DNA of 63,998 bases, the filler included, from Basidiobolus ranarum (taxonomy: Eukaryota): NCBI GenBank assembly GCA_040143965.1. It is 8 parts of 8 records of this genome, joined end to end, with 100 filler letters (N's around TTAATTAATTAA, not from the genome) between each part and the next. Parts side by side here need not be neighbours in the genome. Positions count along the whole stretch, not along the records: positions 16,279 to 24,302 come from JASJQH010001031.1; positions 24,403 to 32,421 come from JASJQH010001032.1; positions 32,522 to 40,521 come from JASJQH010001033.1; 5 more parts are not named here. One strand, given 5' to 3'. A model generated the notes under the pieces. It saw only the letters and a list, made by a program, of their open reading frames with translations. It was not told the origin of the DNA and did no database searches. Position 1 is the stretch's first letter. Each line of letters opens with the position of its first letter. This document shows, in pieces, positions 22,698-35,339 of the stretch. Position numbers and translations under genes: made by a program.

Positions 22698-23715
22698 TGT
22701 TGAAATCAGCATTGCCTAAACATCTATATAGTCATATGTAGCTTAGTACTTGGTTATCTTATAGCTCACTATGATGTTATCCATTATTCACAATTGGAAT
22801 TTACTTGGAATATTTTTACAAACTTGGAAGTTCTCAGATATATACATTTTTCTTGAGCTAGAAGCCCAACACTTGGCAGACATGCTCCTGGGAGCAGCAT
22901 TAACACATTCTACATAATAGTTTTTTTACATCTTGACAAAACTATAATTGTATACCAAATACTCTATTAATCCATAAGTAAAAATGAACAATTTCTCTAA
23001 ATCTTCAAACCACTTCCAACAAGCTCCCAAATACTCTAACAGGTTATGAGCCCCAAGCTTACACTCTCTGTAATGTCTAATTCTCAAATTTATGGAACTT
23101 TTCACTCCTCTGAAAAATTGGATGAAACCAATTATCAAGTTTGGAAATTTAAAATGAAAATGCTGCTGCAAGAAAAAGGACTTTGGGGCACTGTTGTAGG
23201 AGAAGAAAATAATGCAAAACTCTCTGAAACCAAAGTTTTACTCTAGGCTAAAAAGAACAAAGTGCCTTGAACACAATTTGTCTTAATATTAAAGACAAAT
23301 TACTAACTCAATGTTCAAAAGCTAAAACTGCCAAGAAGGTATGGAAAGCCTTGGAAGACACCTTCCAAACATGTTTTGCTGCCAACAAGATGCTTCTAAG
23401 AAGACAATTCTTTAACTTAAAGATGAAGCCAGGAGGAGACATTAAAGCACTAAATAATGGATTCTCAACTTTAGTGGATGAAATGGCATGCATTGAAGTA
23501 TCTACCACTGATCAAGATATCATAGTTATAGTCCCAAATAGCCTGCCACACAAGTTTCAGAGCCTAGTAATTGCTCTGGAATCAAGAACTTAAAACTTGA
23601 CCTCAAGTTATGTATTTGGCAGACTTCTGGATGAAGATTTATGCAAATTAGGATCCAACCAAAAGAATGAAGAAAATGCTTCAATAGGCTATGGGAAACC
23701 TTCCTATGAAGGTCA
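22698..23715 (+). mobile_element. Ty1/copia family B 5' part: LTR, PBS, gag
   Basis: LTR 22698-23041 (TG...CA), PBS GGTTATGAGCCC 23042-23053, gag EKLDETNYQVWKFKMKMLLQEKGLW and LRRQFFNLKM. A reversed LTR-end fragment follows at ~23719-23760. Confidence 0.88.
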
Positions 23716-23860
23716 AAAGTGTTAAAGTATTTGCAAGCCTATTGGAAGTGGTTTAGGGGGATGAAAAGCACCACAGGGTGTAATCTTTATTTATATCAAG
23801 TCATACAACACAAATAAACAAAGAAGCCAAATTGAAAGTAAAAGTCAAAGGTTTAGTCAA

Positions 23861-24302
23861 CTAAGACTCATTTAGGGCAGCATCCCAAATCTCATCATAT
23901 AAAATAAAAGTGTTGGGATAAAGTACCTTAGCTTGGGAAATGTAGAAGTCTTTCAAGAATTTTGTAACAAGTGGAGAGGGGGAATTTCTTAGGAGTGAAG
24001 TAAATCTTTTAAGCAGAGTGTCCTTTAAAGAAAAGGGAACATAGAGTGGTGTTCCAGCATTTTTTGGGAAGCAGTGATCACTTGCCTCCCAATCAAGTCT
24101 ATCTTCTACTTCCTCACAGAATTCTGAGACAATACTCTTTTCAAGTATAATCTCAAGGGTGTGATGATTCATGTATCTCATGTTAATAATTTTAGTAATA
24201 TCCATACCTTCTTCTCTGAAATATTTTCTGTGCTCTGATATAGGAACATATGGAACATTGACAAAGTAGCAGACAGCCCATTCAGTTGTAACAAGAGTAT
24301 TT
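23861..24302 (-). mobile_element. CpG-free ORF remnant, probably transposon-derived
   Basis: 114-aa ORF inside the CpG-depleted TE cluster. No family recognised. Confidence 0.3.
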
Positions 24303-24402
24303 NNNNNNNNNNNNNNNNNNNNNNNNNNNNNNNNNNNNNNNNNNNNTTAATTAATTAANNNNNNNNNNNNNNNNNNNNNNNNNNNNNNNNNNNNNNNNNN
24401 NN
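24303..24402. other. Artificial contig spacer
   Basis: Same linker. Confidence 0.98.
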
Positions 24403-24665
24403 ACAAAAGCCCAGAGTAACGAAAGGACCAAGGTATCCTTGCCGTGTAATATCCAGGCTCCGATCATCATCCCAGTGATGACCAAGAACATGATGAGGTG
24501 GAACCACAGGCGATAGCGACGATAAAATGTCGGCGGCAGATTATCCAGGGAGGTGTCGACCTCTTTCTTCTCCTCAGGATAAGTGTCATTAGCACTTACT
24601 GGGAGAAAAGAGGTGGGATGAGACTCTGAAACTCTTGGAGCTTCGATGGTGTTGTCCATAGTCAT
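24403..24665 (-). CDS. Concentrative nucleoside transporter (CNT/SLC28), N-terminal fragment
   Basis: FYRRYRLWFHLIMFLVITGMMIGAWILHGKDTLVLSLLWAF resembles the first TM helices of fungal CNT. Truncated by the contig end. Confidence 0.6.
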
Positions 24666-25463
24666 AGATAGTAATTGAAGAAGTAGATAGTGAAGATGGT
24701 TGATTGAGAGCACAAGGCCTTTATACAAAATAATCGTTGGTCTCGACATCGCTAATCATACTTGCTGATTACCATTTCTGGAATCAATTAAGAATATTTG
24801 ACATCTTAACTACTATTAGTATTTATGGGAATTTTCTGGGAATTTTCTGGGAATTTTCGTTAAATTAACCTATATATCCATATTGGGCTATTTCTCCTTC
24901 AATTTGACGAGTTAGTTAGTAGTAGAAAACTTAAAAAGGCCCCTTTGTACATATGAAGCATTGTGTGGAGTAGGAATGTATCCAGGTAGTATATGTATTG
25001 TTCCTCATTCGTATAGGTAGTGTTCCTCATTCACCCATTTATCTAGTAAAATATTGATATTCATAATAACTTAACCCTAAGTGGCATAGCTAATATGAAG
25101 TGACCCATAAGTAGTACATCAATCAACAGCATTCGTACTTAACCCTAACAATAGTACAATATCTAATATTTGTTCCTAATTTTATGTAGTTTATGTTAGT
25201 TTCATTCATCGTCGCCTTAACTACTGTTTCGATATTGTTGATACTTGGTATAGTATCTGGATGAAGAGCATACGGCAAAGCTTGACCTAACTCTTAATTG
25301 GATCTCGTTTGAGAACTAACTTGCACAAACGTGTTACTTCAGAAGAAAATCTAGTATCTAGGTCAATGGCATAATCAGGTACATTTATTAACCACCAGGT
25401 AAATACTACAGCAGAGCTATAAGCACACATCATAGCTGCTAACTTTTCATTGCTAAGTGAAGA

Positions 25464-26168
25464 TCAATTATGCCAGATAAAAGAAACTCCACTACCAACT
25501 TTAAAAGTAACAAAAGTTTTAACATAGGGACCACCATTGAAGTTATAGTTACTGGTATAAACATCACCATTGGATTCAATACTCTCGACACAAGCCACAT
25601 GACCGTCACTTCCGACGCCCTGAACCCCAGGTTGCAGAGCAATGATGGAAGGGGCTTTAGCCTGACTTGACACAGTCCACCCAGCAGCACTACGGGCAGA
25701 AGAAGCCCAAGTTGAAGCATCTCCTGACCAATCCACGTGACGGCCTGTAAGCTGAGCGTAGCGAGCATCAGCCCAATCCGTACATTGGCCATTATTGAAG
25801 TGAAACTGCAAAGTACCCGTAGATTGGGATCTATTCCCTTTGGCATTGCTACTCTGGCTATTGGTTTTGGTACTGCCTTTAACATTACTTTTACTGGCAG
25901 TATATCCTCCGTTGCTTGTACTTCCGTTACTGGTATTATTGTTGGAATTGTTAGCAGACTTTTTTCCTCCATAGTTAAATGAGTTTTTATTCCTCCTCAA
26001 GAGCTTGGTGTGGATATTTCCTACTGGACGAGTATTTAGCATGGTAGTGAGAATTCCTGAATCCGATGGTACCATGCTAACAATTTTGGTATTATACAAT
26101 GGTACAGGCTGTACCATGGCCCCATGTATCCAGACAGAGAAAATTAAGAAACAGGTTAACGAATTCAT
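25464..26168 (-). CDS. Secreted CHAP-domain cysteine/histidine amidohydrolase-peptidase (234 aa)
   Basis: ATG at 26168 gives a signal peptide (MNSLTCFLIFSVWIHGA), then an S/N/G-rich linker, then CHAP motifs GQCTDWA, GDASTW, GWTVSS, IIALQPG, GHVACVESI and SNYN. No introns. Confidence 0.88.
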   Translation of the reverse strand: MNSLTCFLIFSVWIHGAMVQPVPLYNTKIVSMVPSDSGILTTMLNTRPVGNIHTKLLRRNKNSFNYGGKKSANNSNNNTSNGSTSNGGYTASKSNVKGSTKTNSQSSNAKGNRSQSTGTLQFHFNNGQCTDWADARYAQLTGRHVDWSGDASTWASSARSAAGWTVSSQAKAPSIIALQPGVQGVGSDGHVACVESIESNGDVYTSNYNFNGGPYVKTFVTFKVGSGVSFIWHN

Positions 26169-29068
26169 TGTTTTTGCTTCACTTTTCCAGAAAGCGTTGA
26201 CTGATGAGAAGAGTAGAGGATGAGATCTTGACAAGTTTTCATTCCTGATATGTCCATTTATAGTCTGATATGAGAGTTGGCATTCATTAAACTCGGGCTC
26301 TGAAGAATCAGCTCCATAAAACGATGAATTACTTGTACTTACAAAGTTACCATTGCAAAAAAGGGATTCCGAAACCACTGCATCGTTCTTATTACTCTCT
26401 TCTGGAGGTGTCAGTGTAATATATAGCATGGTACGAGCTACCACATTCTATACAGTTAGAAACCTCAGTTACAGTGCTTGAATTATAGCATCTTAATGAG
26501 TAACTTGAGGCATGGGTATTCTACTTTTCCGAATTCTGCATCAAGTATACTCAGGTTAGTTCCTAATTAGTATAGTTCTATATTTAGAGGGCATTAATTT
26601 ATAAACGAAATGAAACTGAATAATGAGGTAACAATATAGATGAGTCTAGGTAATCAGTGTTTCAGATTAATATTACCAGCGTAATATACCCAACTCTAAG
26701 GGGTAAATAACATGGAATGTAAGATAAGTTATAACGTTTTTAAACATACCATAGAACAGTGCGTATATTTATTCCTTAAGCAATTTTGATGATTACCTTT
26801 CACAAAATCGATCCTCAGCCAAATCTATTTCACTTCTTGAAGTTGTTCACAAAATTTCAAAATATATAATTCTAAACCTTCGTTGCCTAATGTCTAAGAT
26901 GTATCTTAAATGGCGCATATCTCTTGGGGTAAACTGATTGTACAGTTGTTATTTTCAGCTATTACATTCTTCTCTTAAGGACCTAAGGCGCATCAATGAG
27001 ATCAATTCCCTCATACGTATACAGAGAATACTATAACAATCATCATTTACTGGCATACACCGAAGATGGAATTGTTCTATCATTTGAAGTTGAATAAGCC
27101 ATCGTATTTGGTACTCTAACACTTCCACTTTAATTTAGTTTTAATTCAGAGGTAAGGCCACATATGGTGGTGGGTCAAACTAGATCTTCAACTGGAATCA
27201 TTTGACTAAGCTTTGATAGTTCATGTTTATGTAGTACAGTTGAGATCAGGAATTATTCATGGTTAAATGTGCCACAAATCACTGACCACAAATCACTGAC
27301 GATTGCTTAACCAAATACTGGCATGAGTGGCGCAAGAGAAATGGAAGAGTCATCCATAACACTTGACCATATTAACATTGGAGAGAAGAGATAGTTCGAA
27401 GGACTATTGCGAGACTATCGCCATAGCACAGTAAGTACTGAGATTTTCTTACTTGAAATTAAGGCTGGTTAATTGATAGAGAATTTACGTGAAGGGCATT
27501 CCTCTCAGCAACATAGTTACCTCTCTTTTTTCTACTGATAACTACACAAGAGTTGAACACCTCAAATATTGGATTTGTGATTACACTAGATTTTAAACGA
27601 CTAAGACTAAAATACGTACGACACACTCTCGAACCAGTGCTTAGGCTTACTCAACTATTCAGCTACCCCTGACCTGACCCCTGACATCAAAAAGTCAGCC
27701 AAATGAACCCTTTCTGGGCAAGATCCACTCTTATTCGCTTGAAAAACTCCTCATAGAACATTGAAAAGGATGATGGAATGAATAAATGATTTATTTAAAT
27801 AGAGTTTAGTTACATTTCGGATCCGGTAAAATATTTCCCTGAACAACCAATGAAATGAATTCCTGGATTTCGAAAAGAAACCTTACAATACAACTAGTTT
27901 AATCATTCTAAATGTTGATCATTTTGTCTTAGTGCCATGATACCATTTACGAATCTTATCTCGGTTCTACTTTCCCATAATTTTCAAGGGACAAACCTCG
28001 ATTTTTCTTGGAGAAAATAGGTGAGAAAGGTTCTTCCCCGATCAATAATCTAGCCTAAAATAGCGACTATTTGAAGAGTAACATTTAAAGTGGATATATG
28101 TATATTAAGGGCAAAGTAAAATCAGCAGATTGTAACTAGATCAGTCTCTCGATTCATTGGGGACAAACTTGCTACCTTGGAAGGATAATTAATGAATGGG
28201 TGAGTTGGGGTGAACTCGGGGAGGGGTAGGGGTTAAGTCAAGATCTCAGTTAAGGCCACCTTACACATCACTGTGTAACTTGTACACAGCTTATACTCAT
28301 CATTCTTGCTCAACCCATCACTCGCAACTCTCAACCCTCAACCCACAATCGACAAATCCATCATCGTAATTCAATCAATTATTTGGCAGTCATGAAAGTC
28401 CTCCAAGAATTTAGTAAAGTAAAGCCAAGTCTATCCTAGAAAATCACGTTACTTCGAGAGTCGACAGAAAGGGGACAAAGGGGATTCTTATCATTCCACC
28501 GCCTGGGTTTACAATACGATGGGTCTATAATGCGATCATTGATGCGTGCGGTGTGTGTCAAAAAGAACCGGATAAAAGACCAGAAAATTTAGGGAAAATA
28601 GGACTTTTTTCATCAATCCTCCTAATTTGGAAATCAGAATCAACACTTGCCTAAATATGTGTAGAAATACTATAGAACCTGACGAACCTAAAAGAGAACT
28701 CACAACTTTAAAATCCCCTTTAGAGAGTGAAAAAAAGAGCAAAAAATGGGACAACCAGGTGCTCTCTCGGTTCTATCATTTATGTCTCTGGAGGCGGTGA
28801 AGTATGTCATAGGACAGATTGGGTGACTTGTGGAATATTTATTCTTACTTCTCAGCAATATCAAGTCGATTAATCAATTGGGAAAAAGTTATTCACGAAA
28901 ATAAACCAATCTAGAACTGATGCTAGGAACTATCTGTTAATCGTTCAAACTATACATAGGTGTGTCAAGTGAATGAAATGGAAATATAAGCAAAATGTGA
29001 GAGAAAATAAGAACTACGACCGTCTAGGCAATTATGTACAATTAATAAGTAAATAAGATAAACTCCCT

Positions 29069-29530
29069 TCAAGAGGACCTCAGAGCGAGAAGCATCATAG
29101 CTGCTTCCGTATCAAGTGGTGCAACCAGGTCAGTGCTTGTAGTGGAGCTTCTGAGCTTAGAAGGTATTCTTGGTGGATTCTTGAGCTCGTAAATCTTGTC
29201 CATTCCATATGAAACTGAAAGTCGTCGTCTTCTAGCTGGTTGACCAGAGACGGATACATCAAGCTCAATGACCTTGCGTTTTCTGGTAGCTCTGTCTTGC
29301 TCAACAGCTCTAAGACGAGAGGACCGCTTTCTTCTCTTCTTATTTTTGTACTTGCGGTCATACAAGAGTTTGCCAGCTGGAGGAAGTGATTGTAACTGAG
29401 CAGCTCTGGACGTCAGCTTTCTGGGATGACTGGTGCCACTGGTGCTTCTGGTTCTTGTGGTAGTGTTTCTGAGCGCTATACCAGCTGCATAAGTATCGGC
29501 ACCTTTCTCTGAACTAGTATTGTTTCCCAT
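29069..29530 (-). CDS. Small basic protein (153 aa), unknown function
   Basis: Clean ORF starting MGNNTSS, with basic clusters (KNKKRRKR, RKRK) and C-terminal EAAMMLLAL. TATA-like element near 29780. Confidence 0.7.
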   Translation of the reverse strand: MGNNTSSEKGADTYAAGIALRNTTTRTRSTSGTSHPRKLTSRAAQLQSLPPAGKLLYDRKYKNKKRRKRSSRLRAVEQDRATRKRKVIELDVSVSGQPARRRRLSVSYGMDKIYELKNPPRIPSKLRSSTTSTDLVAPLDTEAAMMLLALRSS

Positions 29531-32421
29531 AACGAATAGGTTGGTCGATATGAATAAAAGGTATAGAGGTGTAATAGGATAAAAGGGGCACTTTGAAATA
29601 TAAACAGGAAAGCGTTAAAGACGCAAAGTGAGTTGCCGATAGAAAGTAGTATGAATGGTCGGCGGCAAAGGAACACAGTGTGTAAAGGTTATGTTGGTAC
29701 GTATTAAACACAGGGAAGGAACTCAAGCAAAAGAACTTGAATGATACGAATAGGCGTGGAGAAAGGAAAGAATCTCAATATATATACTGCTGTTGATCGA
29801 TTTGGAGGAGCCACATGATTGGTGATATAAGCCGCTTAAATCACAGCACTTTACATTTCTTGAAGCAGTTCTCTAACGGAAAACGAATCCATCGTCGAAT
29901 AAGATTTTTTCTATTCACTCTCAATGCTATTTAACCGACCAATGTTTGCTCATTTTTGGATATGCTGACAGCCCAGATCAGTTAATTTGCCTCTATTAGT
30001 AACGCTGACCTCTACCATTGAAACATACTTTATAATAACGTAAGAGTTATCAAAGCCCTCAAATACTGCTGGGACATATGTAGGCACAGTAAATACACCA
30101 TTACATCAACAATAGCTCTCTAAGAGTGTTCAAAGTAGTAACAGCAATGAATGAGATGGGACAAGCGTTACAGTGTGTGTATACAATTACTGGAGGCTAA
30201 GTGAATTGACGACACCATTCTTAACCCTACCCTACCCTGTGGACATTATTTTAATAATTCAACGTGGTATAGACCGCATCTCATTCACCTACCAAGAGAA
30301 GGTCTTTCATACTTTGTGAAACAAGCCAATCTCATCTTGGTCCAGTTGTGTGTGTCTGGAACCAATTCGGTTTTGTTTATCAGCCAAAGAGATAGACTTG
30401 AGACTATCGAATTGACAGACACAGTCAGTTTAAAAGCCTAGAGAACCTCTAGGTCTATGTTTGATGGTCTATAAACATTGACGAAGTATTTTATCAAGGT
30501 GTACTAAAGTCGAGAGAAAAGCAGTCCGTAAGTTTGTTGGTTTTTTGAGTAAAGTGCCTGTATATAACAGTTCCCAAGCTTTAGGACTCTAATGGGGCAA
30601 TAAGACTCTTCTTTCCCGAGGATATATAGTCACTTCATAAAAAAGTCACAGTTTGGTCCATTCAAGCTCTACTACCAAATACGCCGATAAATTTCTCTAC
30701 TTTTTAAAATCATCCATGAAGCGTCGAATATACCCTATCCACTGTAAACAACAAGAACGCGCAAGATTGGCGGGGTACATAGTGTAAACGTCGCTCTAGA
30801 TAGAACAATGGCATAAAGAGGCTCGCCAGAATACTTGATACTCTTAATATGCTCAAGTGTGATTGGTACAGCTGCAAACTCAGTCGGAAGGGGAAGCACT
30901 TTTCTGCATAATCACACTGTAGGACACCTTGCATACGTAGAGCGGAATGTTAGTACTAAATGATATCACACTCGATCATAATATTAGATAATTATCAACA
31001 ACTAAAATTGATTCGGAACTATTAAATATATATATATATATAGATCGCTTATATCGTACCTAAATGTTTCCTGTCCAGGTTGAAAATCAGAGTAAAAAAA
31101 CTCAAAAATGCTAAATCCGGATATATACATTAAAGGAACCCGCATTATATCTGCCCAATATTACTCCCACTAATCTATTTACTGGTGATATTTTTTTAAA
31201 TGGAAAATCTCGTGTAACTCAACTCGGACAGGTGAAGGTAAATGGAATTAAGTGAGCTATAGCGATACTCTTTATCGGAATTCAAAGGTGTATGAAAACC
31301 GTCTTTTTTTTCGTTCTTTGGAAATGTGCCAATACTCACTTTGCAAAACCAACATCTCAACCACTAACCTTACTAATTTCAAACTCACTCACTATACAAT
31401 TCAAAGCATTCACTCGGTCTAACGGAATCTAATCTCCTGATTTAAGAAGTAACCTCATCAGGTCAATCAAGGCAACGCTTAGACCCACCTTGGCTCCAAT
31501 TATATTTCTGAGCTTAGCTTTGCACGCCGCTATTGAAGCGTTTTCTTTGACATACGGGAGTATTTGTCGACTATGGTATGTGTCTATATGATAGATTATT
31601 CTCGAATAATAGGTACTGGATGGAATGCGTGGTTTTTGTAGTTTCCTCAATGACACGTTCTTTTTACGGAACAATCTATTAATGGGGGAAGGGGGATAGG
31701 GACGATCTATATCGACGGTCAATCGGCAGATATTATTCGCGTGATGATGGAAAAAATTTTACAATGACATAGATTCAATTCACTATTTAGCTCCCTTTTT
31801 TTAACATGAGTATTCTTATTTACCGAGGAGACTGCTTATGGATAGTAAAATCCATGGACTGTTGATCGGTTTCCATAATAATTAAGCTCCGACAAATGAA
31901 AATTCTTGGAAATATTGGAACACTGAGGGGATTTTGGGATGCTAGAATGGAAAAGATGTTCGCAACAATAGTCAAGTAAAATTCCCTCAATACATATCTA
32001 TGCAATGACTACGTGAATAGAACTTGTGCCAACTTGAATCACACCTTGAAACCTATTGATCTCGTAGTAGGTTGCTTCTTGCCTCATGATTATGATTGAT
32101 AGACATTTGTTGAATGGAGCGGATAAACTTTCAACATCAACCGATGATTGGATAGAAAATTGAGTGGAGAGGGCTCCGGTTGAATCGTCTGTGTCAAATG
32201 ATACTTAATACGGGCTAGATGTGCGAGTGATATAAGTATGTAATGGAAGTGAGTGATTTGCACACTTCCAAGTCTATAGAGGCCACTTTGCACGTAACTT
32301 TGCCTCTATGGGTATATTGATGATGAAGGGAGTCATCTAGAAAACCACCACCAAATAGAATATCAATTTTATCCACCGACCCGAAGTTGTTGGCTGATGA
32401 ATGTCTAGGATTTGTAGTCGA

Positions 32422-32521
32422 NNNNNNNNNNNNNNNNNNNNNNNNNNNNNNNNNNNNNNNNNNNNTTAATTAATTAANNNNNNNNNNNNNNNNNNNNNNN
32501 NNNNNNNNNNNNNNNNNNNNN
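32422..32521. other. Artificial contig spacer
   Basis: Same linker. Confidence 0.98.
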
Positions 32522-33994
32522 CTTCTTGCGCGGGTGTATTGAGCCGGTAAGTAACTTAAAATTCCACGTCATCCCATGAGCACCAGCTCTTTCACTGGCA
32601 AGATGCTCACCACCTAAACCTTCGACAAGTTTGACGGTCAAATTAGCGTCGGGGCAGAAGGCGGAAGCAGAAGATCCATCGATAGTGGACGGAGTGTATA
32701 TTATCTCAAACATAAACTCAACCAGTTCATCTTTAGGATGCTCGGCCTCTGCTTCAAACTTCTCCTGTGTCAAATGGAGACCCAACTCAACCCACGCACC
32801 CGGAGAGGCAGAATCGATCACCGTCTTGACCATTGTAATCAAAGCATGTCTAAATCCCGGCTCGTTACCAACAACATTTCTATGATGAAAGCCACAATCG
32901 GCATGAAACAAAACAAGTTCAACTTTAGCTTTGGCTGCAGTCCCAGCTAGCATATCACCCACACTTTGAACAAGCTCACCAATATCAAATTCTCCAACAT
33001 CTAAGTCAAATAGATCAGTAGTCTCTTCTGTGAAAAGTAAACGATTCACTAAAGTAAGATGTGATGATAAATTGTTAATATGCTTAAGGGAAGCATGGAC
33101 CGCGGTGACCGAAGCAGTGGGCACTGGAATTGAGCAAGCAGAGACGTGCTCTTGAGGTTTGATTAAAAGCTCGGGAGGAGATAGTTGCTTCACTGTTTCA
33201 ATGGCCATTGAGGTAGCATTGCTTAGTTCCTTAGTCATATTCTTAATAAAAAGTGCTTTGTGATCGGCGTTATCAGAGTGTAACCGAGTAAGAGTATTGG
33301 AAAACTTTTTCAACTCCAAGTCCATAACCGTAGAACAACTAATCTTATCCCTGAGGTACACCTTGTCTACAGTTCTCAGGAGCAGAAGGAATGGGAAACA
33401 AAATAAGGGAACAACCTGCAACAATGGATAGCTCTCCGAAACCAATAGCTGGATATCAATTGTAGTAGCCCAGTTTTTCAGATAATATATATAATCCAAA
33501 CCAACATCTGCTTGAAGATTAATCATCCAGGTTTGTTTGAACAACTCCGTCAGTACAATCATAAAAGAAAAATATACACTGTACTTTAGACTAGTAGTTA
33601 AGGAAGTGAGTTTGCTTTGTAAACATACGAGGGCAACCAGCCAAAATACCACCTGAACAGTACAAAAAGTAGAGGTCCACGAAATACGCAGTTGTTCAAG
33701 CGATACACTGCTAGAGTTGGAGAACCACAAAAGGATTCTAACGAGCGGACACACAAAGCAACATAAATACGCTAGTAGAGTGACCCTGACTAAAGTCTCT
33801 ACTGTTTCGCAAGGTATCTGAGATAGATTCTTCTGTGTTTGAAAGGAAGGTTGAAGGAATTTGAGGAGCTCCTTTTGAAGTTGGTTGTCTTCGGTTAAGA
33901 GAGTTTTTTCAATACTTGTATAAAGATTGATGGAGGAGGGATTTGTGACGGGACTACTCTTGGTAGCATCGGAAATTGGATGTTTTTCTGGCAT
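32522..33994 (-). CDS. SSK1: Ssk1-like response regulator, N-terminal part (receiver domain beyond contig end)
   Basis: FDIGELVQSVGDMLAGTAAKAKVELVLFHAD..HHRNVVGNE..FRHAL...VELGL matches the degenerate HK-like region of fungal Ssk1. Hydrophobic N-terminal segments are present. Confidence 0.75.
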
Positions 33995-35339
33995 AACTAT
34001 GTATCTATTATATTATCTGATATGTCAGTGCTATAGAAACCAAACAATTATTTCAATAGGTAAAGAATCAAGTCAAACTGGAAACAGAAAAAAGGTATAT
34101 CGAATGTGCTTTTGTGAAAATCAAGGCAAATTACATAAGAGAATGAACAAGGCTTATATTAAAGAAAAGTATTGCAATGCAAGGAATTCGAGAAGGAAGG
34201 GTGCTATTGTAGTGATAGGGAGAATAGAGCCAGAAGTTGTAACTGGAGATTGTAATGAACCTCTTGAATACCTAATTTGGATAGTTTGACTCAAGTCGTA
34301 CAATCTGAGAGTCAACAAGTTGATAAAAAATGAGCTTCATACAGAGAGCTGATATTTATTGATGCTTTAGTGAGCTACAAAAATATCGAGAAAATCCAAG
34401 TTATAGTGGCAAACCCGTATCCATTGATATGTTTTCAACGAATCAATCAGTGCATTTTTCATGCAAGATATCGCTTCAACCAACATAGATGAATCGGGTC
34501 CAGTCTCACAGGCCTGGAAGGTAATCTAATAATCAGCCAATTCAAGTTGAAGAAAACGGAATACAGTAAAATTCAATGTTTCGTGGCACATCATATTCCA
34601 GTGATATTACATCTGTTACACTCAGCGTACACAGGTATGGTAGGTTCATGCCTATTAGGGTGATTTTGATCATGATTAGAATGGTTGTTCAGAGCGGCGC
34701 ATAGCTTCTGTTCTATTTCGCCTTTCTTTGCCAGGATACCAGTAGCCTCTGATACTGTGTTTCATCTTTGGCTATATGCTTGCCAATTCGTCCCATGAAC
34801 GTAGCGATGGCGTTTTCTGGCCCACTACAGATGTCTACTACCCCTGATGAATCATGTGATAGGGACAGGCCCTACATAATTTGCAAAGTGAAGTAACCAA
34901 CGAGTAACAACACTCCTTACTAAATAGCAAGATCTATCAAGAAAGCAGGAACAAAAACGGGATTTAAGCTGGCGAAACTAAACAGCTCGCCACGTATTGG
35001 CCGTATAATTGTGCTAACAAGCTTGATCCATAGCTTTTCTAATCCAATATATGTATTTAGTTGTTTCTAGCGCCTTCTGAGACTAACAAAAGCCATCTTT
35101 ACTTTCATGGGACAAACTGGCAAGCATATGTATAAATCAACATGTTACTGTTCCGTAGTTGAATGATTAAAACTAAACAAAATCCCTTAAATACTTATCA
35201 AATACTAAATCACAATGCGTCACTAGGATTGATTCTGATTGACCTTTTTTTCTCAAACCTTGGATTAACTTCTTCCATACTGCTATTTCTGTTGCAAGAG
35301 ATAGGCTTACCTAGGTTTTTCCCCTAAAGAGCAGTAAAA

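Noticed and set aside
26169-26444. 92-aa N-terminal extension of the CHAP ORF
   Set aside because: It begins at a non-ATG codon. The ATG at 26168 places a signal peptide at the N-terminus.
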